Source: Zygnema circumcarinatum SAG 698-1b (lineage: Eukaryota > Plantae > Zygnematophyceae). Taken from it: DNA of 64,000 nt. Both the position numbers and the translations under genes were made by a program. Below, one piece after another: positions 39,277 to 51,235 of this stretch. How positions within the stretch are numbered: position 1 is the stretch's first letter; each line of letters opens with the position of its first letter. The notes beneath the pieces are model-generated. The model did no database searches, had not been told where the DNA came from, and worked only from the letters and a program-made list of their open reading frames with translations. The stretch is taken from NCBI GenBank assembly GCA_037447605.1, contig CM074819.1:2068297-2132296 (forward strand), in the 5' to 3' direction.

Positions 39277-42200
39277 ATGCCTCTTCGTCGCTCCTCTCGT
39301 TCCCCTTCCCCTTCCCACCCCCTTGCCTTGTCATCTGCTGTTGCTCTTCCCCCTCCTGTCCGTTCTTCCCCTCTTCCTTCTTCCCCTCCCGCTGCTCGCC
39401 CCAGGCCTCTCCCCCGGGTTCCTTGTGATCATTGTGGAAATTGTTTTGGTCAGGGTGCGGGTTTGTCCCGGCATATGCGCGCGTGTCCTCTTCGTCCTCC
39501 TCCCATTGTCGACCCTTCTTCTACTCCCTCTTCTTCTCTACTTGTCACTGCCACCCCTGGGTCTACTTTGCATGTTGGGCCTAGTCCGGCTGCTTGGGCG
39601 TATGCTCGGTCTTTAGATGTCCTTGGGTCGTTTTTTGTTGGGTCCCGTCGTCCTCGTCTTTACGCTCGTATCCCACGGGCTTTGGGTGTTTGTGTTCGTG
39701 ATGCTTTGCGTTTTCCTCTTGCTCGTCTTGCGTGTGATCCATCAGATGTTGCTGCTTGGCATGTCCTTCTTCTTTTCCCCCTTTGGGTTTTAATTTTGTC
39801 CCCTCGTGGTGGGGCCAGCGCCGTTCGCGAGACCCGTCGGCGATGTCTTCGGTTTTTGGGTGGGGATTGGGAGCTTTTGCAGGCCGAGCACGCTGATCGC
39901 ATTCGTGCCCTGTCGGCGTCTGCCGCCACTCGTCCGCCCTCCCTTTCGGACGCCTCAGCTCGACATCGTCGGGCGGTTCAGTTAGGCCGATGCGGGGAGT
40001 TGTCTCGCGCTGCTCGCGCTCTTCGACCCTTTACGCCCGCCCCGGCCAACAACGACACTTTGGATCGCCTTCGGACTCTCCATCCGGATGCGCCTGCGGA
40101 TGTCCCTTCCTTCATCGACACTTTTGAGCCTGTCGACTCGTTTGTGCTTGATCGTGCCGCTTTCATTCGGGCGCTTACTCGCTCCCCTCATTTGTCTGCA
40201 GGGGGGCCTTCGGGCATGGTTTATGAGTTGCTTCGTGATGTGTTTTCTCCAGACACCGGGGATAGTGGGTTTGGTTTGCTTTTTCAGCTTGCTTGTGTCA
40301 TATCGCAGGGTCGTGTTCCCTCGTCCGTGAGTCATATTCTTACGTCAGCTCGTTTGGTTGCCCTTGCCAAGCCTGCAGGGGGAGTTCGCCCCATAGCCGT
40401 AGGGGAGGTTTTGTATCGCATGGTTGCTCGCGCTATGTGTTTTCAGTTACAGGGGGCCTTTCAGGATCATTTTTCCCCTTACCAGTTTGGTGTGGCGACC
40501 CCTGGGGGCTGCGAGGCCGTAGTTCATGGCATTCGTGCGACGTTGGATCTTCACCCTGATTGGGTTGTTTTGCAGGTTGATGTGACAAACGCTTTTAATA
40601 CGGTGGATCGTCATGAGATTTTTCGCGAGTTACGAGAGGCCCCTGCACCGATTGCGTCCCTTTTTCCTTTTGTGCGCACATTTTATTCTCGTTCGAGCCC
40701 GCTCCTTTTTCCTCTTGGCGATGCATCTGGTGGAGTGGCGACCTTGGAGTCTGCGACCGGGACCCGCCAAGGCGACCCTTTAGGAGGTCCTTTGTTCGCT
40801 TTGGCGCACATTCGTGCGCTTCGAGCTTCGGCACAGGCTTTTCCAGGCTGCCTTTTTCCATCGGTGGCGACGATACTCACATCATTGGCCCTGCTGACCA
40901 GGTCGTTGCCGCGTTTACTGATTTTACTACTCGATTGGCCGCTATGCGTTTGACGGTAAATTTGTCGAAGTGTTTTGCTTGGTCTCCGGTTGGTATCCCT
41001 TCTACCCTTTCGCTCCCTTGTGGTATCCAGACTTGTGCTGATGGAATTGGTATTCGTGTTTTAGGCTGCCCTTTCGGCGTTGCATCTTATGTTGATCGTT
41101 TTGTTGATGATGCTTTGGTTAAGGATACGTCTCAGGTCGATGAGCTTCCACATCTTTCAGATCCTCGGTGGCTTTTTCTTTGCTTACTTTCGTTGTTTTG
41201 CTTCGTCCGTCATACCTTTTCGCGAACTCTCCCTCCCAACCTGCTTTCCTTGAGTCATTGCAATCTTTTCGATGGCGTTTGTTTTTCACGTATGTCATCG
41301 CCTTTTGGGTCTGGTATTTTGTCGACCGGAGAGGTCAGCTTACTGCATCACATAAGCCTCGCTCCTATTTGGCCGGGCGGTTTAGGACTCATCCGACAAT
41401 TAGTGTAGCCTTACAGCGTTTGGGTAGTTGGGCTCTCGTTGCTCTATTTTGGCCGCGTTTTATTGTGGGCGTCGTCCGCGTTCAAGCTTCGGTCATTTGT
41501 GGCTCATGTTGATGATGGTGATCTTCCGTTTAGGGTTGCGATGCGTGGCGCCCATGGTTTGCTTCTGCTAGTGCGCTCGGGCTGCGTCGCCCCGTTTGTT
41601 TTGCTTGCCGTCGATGCATTCCGCGTCAATCCGACTCCACTTTGGCCGAATGAGGTTGTTCTTCAAGCGATTCTCTACCACCCTTATTACTTTGACTCTT
41701 TCGCTACGATATTTAGCGTGCACCGGCAGCTCTTGTCGCGAGATCACAGAAATTTTGGGGAGCTTGGTTGGCTGTTACCCGATATTTTCCACCCGCCGTT
41801 TGACCCCAGGCCGGTTTACGACTTGCGGTAGCGACCGTCTCGGGCTCCCCATCCGCCATTGCAGGGTTCTCCTCGTTGTGTTTGTGGTGATTCGATTGAT
41901 GCGCAGGGCGTTCATCTACTTCGATGTGCACACGGGGGCGAACGCATTTTGGCTCATAATGTTGTGCGCGATGCGATTGCTGCGGTGGCTCAAGAAGCTA
42001 ACTGTGAGAGGGGCAGAGGGATGAGAAGCAAATTCACCTTCCACCCTTTCTCCCTCTTCACTGTCCATGGAAACTTCCCTCACGGTGCCCAGCGGCACTC
42101 TCACTCATTTTTCACTCCGTGCATACACAACTTTGGTAGGAATAGAAAAACGTAGGAGAAAGCTCCCAGCCTAAAACTCCTTTATGATGACAAGCTTTCC

Positions 42201-43163
42201 AACTCAAGCCCCCATAAGCCTAGTCAAGCTTTCACCACATGATCACTTCACCTTCACGTGAGGCAGCTCTCCACACACGGAGACTCCTCACAAAGGTCCA
42301 CCTCCTGTTGCCAAAGCCATGCCTTCAAACTGCCATAGCCTTGCAATGCATATCAAGAAGGTTTCTAACTTACACACCCACTCTCACTATATAGTATGGG
42401 GCTGTGGCGTGACCATGTCGCGTCTGCGCTTGCAAGGACCATAAATACAACAACCTTATTCAAACAACCTAAATAAACTACTTAGGTGTCTTTAGCTGTC
42501 TGTAGTCATGACCACAATAGCGATACCAACACCACCGCCCTAACCCAGATGGCCATGTACTCTACCGCCGGGCTGAACACCCCGCCGTCCTTCATAAGGA
42601 CTATCCTCCGTACGCAAAGTAGGCTCCGCCGACTCCACCGACTCCGCCGCCTTCCGTCGCCGCGTCATTCCTCGATTCCGTACTCCAGGACCGATTTCTC
42701 GGCGCGGTACCAAATGTCGGACTCCCGGCCGTACTGTCCGTACCGTCCGTACCGTCCGTACAATTACTAAGTCGGTCTCGCCGCCGCGCGCACGCTGAAG
42801 TAAGTCCGTCCCCATACATGTCACACCTAGAAGCACACCCCTAGGAACTAAGCGCCAACACAAACATGCTAATCTAAACTAACTATGTACACTAACACTA
42901 ACTACCTTGTGCGACGGGAGCCGAGCCACCTGGTGTCCCCACGGCCGACTATTCGTGGCGAGCGCGGAGTTCGCCCTGATTTGGCTCTTATGGATGGTGC
43001 CCGGCGTATTTTTGGGGATATTGTGTTGGCCGATCCAACCCGTCGCGATTTATTGTCACGTGCAGCACATCATGAAGGCGTGGCTGCTCGCGATGCGGCC
43101 CTTCGCAAGGAGCGTGCATATGCTCACCGTGATGCAGCCGACGAGTTTGTTCCTATGGCTATT
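39277..43163 (+). pseudogene. CRE-like ORF (ZF-RT-CCHC-RLE) with frameshifts and a solo-LTR insertion
   Basis: Pieces 39277-40868, 40870-41408, about 41830-42002 and 42898-43163. Removing the LTR restores QEAN-YLVRREP. Confidence 0.8.
42003..42897 (-). mobile_element. Solo Copia LTR with intact 5-bp TSD
   Basis: Minus strand TGTTAGTGTACATAG...CTCACA, with CTAAC at 41998-42002 and 42898-42902. No internal region. Confidence 0.9.
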
Positions 43164-43355
43164 NNNNNNNNNNGGTGGACTTCCGCCGCTCCCTCCTCGC
43201 GACGTGCCTCACATCGGTGACCTTCGCGGCTGCTTCTAGGGCTGCGTTGTTGTGCCTAGGCGTAGTTTTCCGCTCCTAGCTTCGTTTTATTGTGTTTCGG
43301 TCCTTTGTGACCAGTCCTTCGTGGTTCCACATTTTGCCTTTATCCATGTAAATTT

Positions 43356-46300
43356 TGTTGATGCAGCGCCCTCCCTTGGTGGGGCTGCCACTTCTCCTCT
43401 ACCCTGGGTAGAACTCGACATCTTCAATGAATTGCTCAATCACACAAAGCACACTAAATGCAAGAGAACAACTCAGCGGAAATATGAAAATGTAAGGAGA
43501 AAGCCACCAGCCTAAAACTCCTTAAGATAAAGATGAAATACAACTTGACAACACTAGAGCCAAGCTTCAAGCACCTCTTCTCAAGCTACGTGAATAAACC
43601 ACCCACTACAAGCTGAACTCTTCCCACTATCTCCTTGGCCCTAAGCAAGATAGCCTCACTCCCCAATGTGAGTCACGAGAAGGTTAACTTCTACCAAACA
43701 ATCTAAGCCTTAAATACAATATGGCGCCATTAGTGACATTGTCACGTCACGGCCGCACATGCTACGCCTTGCAAGACCCTTATCCTGATCCTAATCTCGC
43801 GCCGTCGGATCCTCGTAGGCTTGCACGGATCCAGCACATCATTGCCGTCAGATCCGCCTCAGCCTTATCTCCATCCGAGTCCTCCACCGTAGGATCTGAC
43901 TCCTCATTACTTGGCGTCATGTGGGACCCCGTAAGCCTACGAGCGCCACCGACCTAGGCCGTACAGGCCTTCAATTTAACCCGACACGTGGCGCCTTCCG
44001 ATTCGCCACTGTCCTCCAAATGAGACATTGCTGACTCCGTACCTCGTCAGTTCTGCTCCGCGCGCTGATTCGCGCCTTGTCACTTCTCAATTTGTCGCGT
44101 CGCGCCACGTCACATCTGACTCCGCCACGCCGCGCCGCGCCACCGACCAATGTCCGTACACCCATGGTCTTGGCCTTCCAAATCGTACCACTGATTGGCC
44201 GCACCGACATTCTGATGCCTTGCCTTGCCAAATCAGACTCGCGCGCTATACGCACACCCCTTAAAGACTTGTACGGTCGCCTAGACGCCCCTCCGTACAA
44301 TGTGGACACTTTTGAGCACACCCCTCCTTAGAACTTAGTACCAACAACTTAGTGTACAACAAGTCCTTAACTACTTTACACTAACAATCCCCCTCTTGGT
44401 ACTTAGTTCTCCATGGGTCCTAGTTCCATGAGACCACTACTATTCTCTAGTGTCCCACAACCAAATGAATGCTCCCTTGTCCTAACAAGCTGCCCCCTCT
44501 TGATCCAAAGGCCTAGGAGAGAATCTTCCCCCTCTTGATCTCCTCTTGGTTGCCTTTCACACTTGATCAGGCACCCAGTGAACTCCTTACTAAGTCCACA
44601 ACCGGGTATTTGTTTCATGCGACCTTGTACTTGACTCTTGCATCTCCTGGGTGGGAAGGGCCCACCACTTCAACTGCCTCTTTGTTTGAATGAACCAGTC
44701 CCCAACATTGGCCTCCTGAAGCTCACTAACTTTGAGTGATCCTGGAATTCGCACACATTCTCACCACCACTAATGTCCACCCTTTCGGTGATGGGTCTTT
44801 CAACCCCCTTAGCCTGGCTATCTGAAATGTCGTTGGCGAAATAATCCTCTGCTCCCCTGAGCCTCAATGCTTGCTCTAGCATCCCCTTTCCTCCTCCAAG
44901 CTGGTCTGGATCTATCTTATGGTGAATGGGTTCCTCCACAGGGTCCTTGGCGGGATAGCTCAGCCCTTGAGCCTCCTTCCACTCTAGAAAGTAAAGCCCA
45001 CCTTGCTGGATTCCCTTGCACAAGACTTGCCCTGTCTCCTTGTGAATGACCTCACAACTACCCTTCTCAAACCATACTCCATAGTCCTTCTCACACAGCT
45101 GACTAACAGAGAGGAAATTAATCTGTAGTCCGGGAGTATGCAGTACGTTACCAACACGGACAACCCTCTGCGTGCTTCCCTCCCCGAGCACCTCCAACTT
45201 GACTGTTCCGCCTTGCGTCACCGAGACTCCATCTCCAGTTGCCGAGTAGACCGAGCGGGTTCCCTCCAAAGTCTCCTTCTCTGCAAAGAGTGAGTCGTCC
45301 ACGCACATGTGCCTTGAAGCACCGGAATCAATCACCCAAGGTTTAGCTGAATTTTCAACTCTAACACATCCGACAAACTCATCATTAGGTTCCCAATCCG
45401 AGAACATCAAGTTCGTCTCGTGAATCCTCTTGCGTTCATCTCTGGGATACCTGCCATCACCCCTCCTCCCTTCTTGCTCGTTTGGAGCATCTGCATTCGA
45501 GGATGAACCGCCATTCTGAACGTTGGGGCAGTTCCTCTTGAAGTGACCGGTCTTCCCACAAGAGTAGCAAGTCCTCTGAGTCTTCAGCTCTCCACCATCT
45601 TTGGCTGCGTTTGGTCCCTTGCCGTTCCTGTATGGGCGAGTAGTTGCAGCATACAGTTTCTCCGAACTTGACCTGTACTGCTTCTTGTCTTGAAGACCAT
45701 CCTCCTCTACCACTCTCCTCTTGACCTGCTCAAAGGTCATCTTAGTCGTAGAAAGCTGAGTTCGTAGAGCAGTGCAAGCAGGGTCAAATCTATCCGGCAA
45801 GCCTCCAAGGAATAGACTAATCTTGTGATCCAAGTGAAGGGGCTGTTTCAGCCCATCAAACTTTTGCATCAGATTATCAAACTTGATCACATAGTCTTTA
45901 AGCTCCTCCCCTGAATCCAAACTGAGTTTTCCAAGCTCCGTGTAGAGATAAACTACAGTGGCATTATCTACCACATCATAAATCTTCTCTAGAGTATCCC
46001 ACATCTCCCGAGCTGTCTTGAACTCTGAAATCAGGTCTGTAGGTTCCTCACTAACGCCAGCACAAAGCAGGGTCCTAACCTTGCAATCCTTAACCCTCCA
46101 CTTCTCAAACTCAAGTGGATTAATCTCTGAATCGGGGGCCACAATGGAGCCATTCACATACCCCAACAGCCGCTTGTTCTCCAGCACTGTGAGCATGCGA
46201 AACTTCCATCGCTTGTAGTTCTTCCCATCGAAAGTTGGAATGGTAAACTTCACGTCTTCCTCGCCTTCGGCTCTGATACCACTTGTTGATGCAGCGCCCT

Positions 46301-47313
46301 CCCTTGGTGGGGCTGCCACTTCTCCTCTACCCTGGGTAGAACTCGACATCTTCAATGAATTGCTCAATCACACAAAGCACACTAAATGCAAGAGAACAAC
46401 TCAGCGGAAATATGAAAATGTAAGGAGAAAGCCACCAGCCTAAAACTCCTTAAGATAAAGATGAAATACAACTTGACAACACTAGAGCCAAGCTTCAAGC
46501 ACCTCTTCTCAAGCTACGTGAATAAACCACCCACTACAAGCTGAACTCTTCCCACTATCTCCTTGGCCCTAAGCAAGATAGCCTCACTCCCAATGTGAGT
46601 CACGAGAAGGTTAACTTCTACCAAACAATCTAAGCCTTAAATACAATATGGCGCCATTAGTGACATTGTCACGTCACGGCCGCACATGCTACGCCTTGCA
46701 AGACCCTTATCCCGATCCTAATCTCGCGCCGTTGGATCCTCGTAGGCTTGCACGGATCCAGCACATCATTGCCGTCAGATCCGCCTCAGCCTTATCTCCA
46801 TCCGAGTCCTCCACCGTAGGATCTGACTCCTCATTACTTGGCGTCATGTGGGACCCCGTAAGCCTACGAGCGCCACCGACCTAGGCCGTACAGGCCTTCC
46901 CTTTAACCCGACACGTGGCGCCTTCCGATTCGCCACTGTCCTCCAGATGAGACATTGCTGACTCCGTACCTCGTCAGTTCTGCTCCGCGCGCTGATTCGC
47001 GCCTTGTCACTTCTCGATTTGTCGCGTCGCGCCACGTCACATCTGACTCCGCCACGCCGCGCCGCGCCACCGACCAATGTCCGTACACCCATGGTCTTGG
47101 CCTTCCAAATCGTACCACTGATTGGCTCCACCGACATTCTGATGCCTTGCCTTGCCAAATCAGACTCGCGCGCTATACGCACACCCCTTAAAGACTTGTA
47201 CGGTCGCCTAGACGCCCCTCCGTACAATGTGGACACTTTTGAGCACACCCCTCCTTAGAACTTAGTACCAACAACTTAGTGTACAACAAGTCCTTAACTA
47301 CTTTACACTAACA
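43356..47313 (-). mobile_element. Non-autonomous Copia derivative (element 3): gag-protease only
   Basis: LTRs at 46284-47313 and 43356-44386 (about 1030 bp, roughly 8-9 differences seen). TSD AATTT, PBS at 46269-46281, PPT at 44387-44397. The 1.9-kb interior lacks INT core, RT and RNase H motifs. Confidence 0.93.
44670..46349 (-). CDS. Copia gag plus aspartic protease, uninterrupted ORF
   Basis: FDGKNYKRWKFRM, UBN2-type gag, CYSCGKTGHFKRNC, WVIDSGAS, NFLSVSQL, GGLYFL, then an unrelated C-terminus of about 95 aa. Confidence 0.88.
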   Translation of the reverse strand: MSSSTQGRGEVAAPPREGAASTSGIRAEGEEDVKFTIPTFDGKNYKRWKFRMLTVLENKRLLGYVNGSIVAPDSEINPLEFEKWRVKDCKVRTLLCAGVSEEPTDLISEFKTAREMWDTLEKIYDVVDNATVVYLYTELGKLSLDSGEELKDYVIKFDNLMQKFDGLKQPLHLDHKISLFLGGLPDRFDPACTALRTQLSTTKMTFEQVKRRVVEEDGLQDKKQYRSSSEKLYAATTRPYRNGKGPNAAKDGGELKTQRTCYSCGKTGHFKRNCPNVQNGGSSSNADAPNEQEGRRGDGRYPRDERKRIHETNLMFSDWEPNDEFVGCVRVENSAKPWVIDSGASRHMCVDDSLFAEKETLEGTRSVYSATGDGVSVTQGGTVKLEVLGEGSTQRVVRVGNVLHTPGLQINFLSVSQLCEKDYGVWFEKGSCEVIHKETGQVLCKGIQQGGLYFLEWKEAQGLSYPAKDPVEEPIHHKIDPDQLGGGKGMLEQALRLRGAEDYFANDISDSQAKGVERPITERVDISGGENVCEFQDHSKLVSFRRPMLGTGSFKQRGS

Positions 47314-47694
47314 AATTTGATGGCCTCGCCATCGCGAGTTCAATGAAAGTTTGCGTTACCTTTTATTATATACGCGATCGATACATACGGACCTACAGAT
47401 AGGGCACATAACGTAGCGTGTTCCAGAAAAAATCTGTCAGTTTTAGTTCCCGCCATAATATTTTCCGACTGCCGTCCGCGGACTCCACTTTTGTCGCGTC
47501 TCGTTTCGTCACGTCACGGTCCCAAACAACCTTTTCACGTCAGATGTTGCCGCGACCAATCATGTCGCTCCACGTGTTGCGCCCTTATACCTTGTAGACG
47601 CGCACGCTTCGTACATTCAAATCACCATCCGTACATCCGATGAAAAAAGGTCTGTATCTATTCTGAAAAGTATGAAACAGCATTTTTCGCATTT

Positions 47695-48097
47695 AGGGGG
47701 GGTCAGACCTTGACCATCGCCGGCGGAATTGAAAGATTTCGCCGGCGAAAAGGTATTGATTTCGATTGCAGAATTCGGCTCGGAAACCGCGGCTCCCTCC
47801 GAACCTGTCTGTCCCGTCCGTACTTCGAAATAGGTTACAAAAATGAGATACAGGCTCGGCGCCCGAGCCTGTCGAACGGCCACTTTTGGCGGAAAAGGCC
47901 TGCCGTACNNNNNNNNNNATTTCGGCGGATTTCGGAAATTTGGGGGCATTTTTGTAACCTATTCCGTAGTACGGACGGGACATGACAGGTTCGGGGGAGC
48001 CGCGGCTTCCGAGCCGAAACCTGGAAACGAAATCAATACCTTTCCGTATAGGGAATCTTTGAATTTCGTAAGCGATGGTCAAGGTCTGACCCCCCCT
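47695..48097. mobile_element. MITE, AGGGGG-TIR family (internal N gap)
   Basis: The left half resembles 8905-9110. The right half is the reverse complement of about 26490-26665. Confidence 0.75.
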
Positions 48098-48294
48098 TTA
48101 CCTGCCAAACTTGGACTTTCTTGAAGCTACAGACTGGATGAATAGAAGGATGTGTGATTGAACTCACGATGACAAGGCAAGGTGTATAGTACGGAAAACT
48201 AGATTTGAGCCTTCCCTATTTATGGCGGCGGCCCATGCCCTCGTGATGGCAGGGAGAGAGGGAGGGAAGGAAGGTAGGCGAAGGGGCGGCAGCC

Positions 48295-50812
48295 ATGGCC
48301 ATGGCTTTCGCGAGCGCGCTCCTCCTCTGTGCTGCGCTTGGGGGTGCGGCTGCTTTCTTCGAACGTACGGATCTCGCCCGCCCTCTCTCGCACGTGCCGC
48401 AGTGCATGGCTGCCGCCTTACTGCCTTCCTGCAACGACTGCGAATGCAGAAGAAGGGTCTCAAGGTCACAGTTTTGGGCTGGCAGATGTGGTAGAGATTG
48501 CTGTGTGGCTGTTGCTTCTGCCGAGTTCGTAGTGAAGTGATGGAGGCAAGGGAGGTCGCAAGGCTGGACGGAGTGTGCAATGGGAGTTCGGAGTGCTCGT
48601 AGAAGTGGTGTTGTCAGTCCTTCTAGCATAGTAAATACAGTGTGAGCGATAGTCTCTTGGATCAATGTACTTTGTACTTCCCTCTCTCTCCCCCTCCCGC
48701 CCTTTCCCTTCCTTTCTCTTGTCTCCATCTGAAACCTCTACAGAACTGTGCTTCTAAAACAACACTGCTGTGCTGTTTTTTCTCCTCGACCGTTTCCTTT
48801 CCGACTGCTTAACCAATCGTCATTCGGTTTTTTGCGAATGATTCCAAGTTGGAATGTCTCACAGAAAGCTCTTCCCAAGTGGATTAGTTCCATTCAGTAC
48901 TCTCCCTTCTTCCAGCTACGAAACAGATGCATTGCTCTTCGTGCTTTACGGTCGAATGGGTTGCTGTTTGTCATTTACTCGTGCCAGCACTGTAGATTGT
49001 TATGATCACTTAACGAGGAACATCTCATCTTTTAAATGTAGTCCTTTATTTAAACTGTTGCCAATTTTTGTCGTTTGCAGCATACAAGGTGCCCCCGTCC
49101 CCTCCAGCTCCTCGCCGTAAGGGAACTGTTCCCTTCTCAGTCGTCATGTCATCGGCTTATTGTCTAATTTCGTTTCAAAACGTACTCTTTCTATTCTCTG
49201 CTACTTTCCAATCGATCAAAAAATATTCTATTCTGAGCAGTGAAAACCTCAAACATCTTCGAGTAGGGGCTTGCATAGATGATTGTTTTCTTACATTATG
49301 TATGTAATTTTTGTTGCAGCTCCTCCGCCTTCACCACCTTCTCCACCACCTTCACCGCCTCCACAATCTCCACCTCCCCGGCCGCCTTCTCCACCCCCAA
49401 CTCCGCGTAAGTTTACTCGGTTTCTTCTCCCTTTCTCTGCATATGGTTGGCTGTTTTCCAAGGCTTCCAATTGCAACATGAACGTGAGAACCATCAATTT
49501 CCTTACTGTGGGCCAAAAACATTTTACAGCACCAAAGCTTTTAGTTTTTGTGGATTAAGCAAGTTTGACGGTACACATGTGCCTTAACCAATTACGTGCC
49601 AGCTCATGATGAAACTCAGAAGGGATGTCTAAAGTGCTGACCATGCTTGTCAACGTGCCTATATGTTTCAAGCTGTTCATGCTTGCGTTATTTGCACGCT
49701 TTGAATATTCCACATTCGCAACTCTTGATATTCCGCCACTTTGTGATGCAGCTCTCACCACCCCGGCAGCCTTCTCCTACTCAAGTTTTGACTTCGGTAC
49801 TCTACTCATTCTGCAAGGCAGTGCAACAATTTCGCCTTTTGGAACCGTGACTTTTACGGATGCTGAAAACGAGCAAGCGGGGGTTGCACTTTATCGGTCT
49901 CCCGTCACGTTGACGCGAAAAGCGAGTGGAGGTTGCCAAGCAGCCTCTTTTGAGACTATATTTTCGTTCATGATCGAACATCCACCTTGGGATAGTACAT
50001 GTAATGGGGAAGGTTTCACATTCGTCATCGTTCCCTCCAATGCGGATTTGGCGAGCTTTGGAACAGGCAGTGGTGACACCCTTGCGTTTACCTACACAGC
50101 TTCCCCGAAAGTGGGCTCAATTGCCATAGAATTTGACACATACCCAAATGAAGAGTTAAATGATCCTCCGGGGGAACATGTTGGCATACTCATGGACTTC
50201 AACGCCACGACCATTACATCTCACCTGACTTCATTGGTGTCCATCCCTACCAGATTCGACGATTACGACGGTATCCATTACATATACAATACAAAAGTCG
50301 CTTGGGTGGAATACAACAGCCAAAACAGCCTCTGGTCTATCTTTGTGAGCGATGATTATTCAACAAAGCCTGCGGCTCCTCTCTTGACCTACACCAAGTC
50401 ATTGTGCTCAATTCTTCGACCGTCCAATTGCAGCACGTGTGCGAACGTCGACTCGGCATTCATTGGCTTCACTGCCGCTACAGGGTCCTGCCACAACTGG
50501 CAAGGGATTGACTTCTGGAAGTTTGCGAGCTCGTGGCCCGGTAAGTTACTCTATCAAGAAACTCACACGTGTGACTGGGATCTCAAGCTCACGGGATTAA
50601 GGCTATGGCGGACAGACTTGAAACGTGCTCTGCTTGAATGTTTGAAAATTTCTGAATCCGTCCGACAGCCTTGAAATGTAATCACAACACAGACTAAGAA
50701 ATGGTGCCCGTCAACCTGGTTCAAAGCTTCCTTCGAACACACCAGCATATCATTTTTCGAAAAATCTCAATTTCAATCGTTTCTTGTTTGCTTTCGATGT
50801 TGCGATAGTACA

Positions 50813-50861
<49 letters not shown>

Positions 50862-51235
50862 CTTACTCGTCCTTTAGAACTGTGCCATTGCCAACTCATT
50901 CTGTAGTAGTGTTCTGATACTCTACTTTGCGGTCGTGCAGCGGCTCCGCCTCCCCCTCCTCCCCGCCGCCCTCCTCCCCGCCGGCCCCCTCCTTCTCGGC
51001 GCCCTCCTCCCCGCCGCCCTCCCTCCCTCCCCCTCCCTCCCTCCCTCCCTCCCTCCCCCCCCCTCCCTCCCTCCCTCCCTCCCCCCTCCCTCCCTCCCTC
51101 CCTCCCCCCCCCTCCCCTCCCCGCCGCCCTCCTCCCCGCCGCCCCCCTCCTTCCAAGCGCCCTCCGCCTCGCCGCCCTCCCCCTGCACGGCCGCCTCCGC
51201 GCCGCCCGAACCCTCCGCCTGCGAGAGCTCCTTAG
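48295..51235 (+). CDS. Secreted L-type lectin with Pro-rich modules, copy 2
   Basis: Signal exon 48295-48364, micro-exons 49081-49116 and 49320-49406 (SPPP-rich), lectin exon 49752-50540 (IAIEFDTYPN), tail from 50941 ending PNPPPARAP-stop. The tail frame is disturbed by C-run indels. Confidence 0.75.

Larger units (their letters stand above)
38318..43355 (+). mobile_element. CRE-like non-LTR retrotransposon (RT plus restriction-like endonuclease), degraded; 3' tail probably continues at 47319-47363
   Basis: N-terminal C-x2-C zinc finger. RT motifs KPAGGVRPIAVGE, QFGV..PGGCE, DVTNAFNTV, GTRQGDPLG and frameshifted (A)DD near 40868. Zinc knuckle CVCG...HLLRC...HN. RLE RPDL...DIV...K. Confidence 0.85.
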
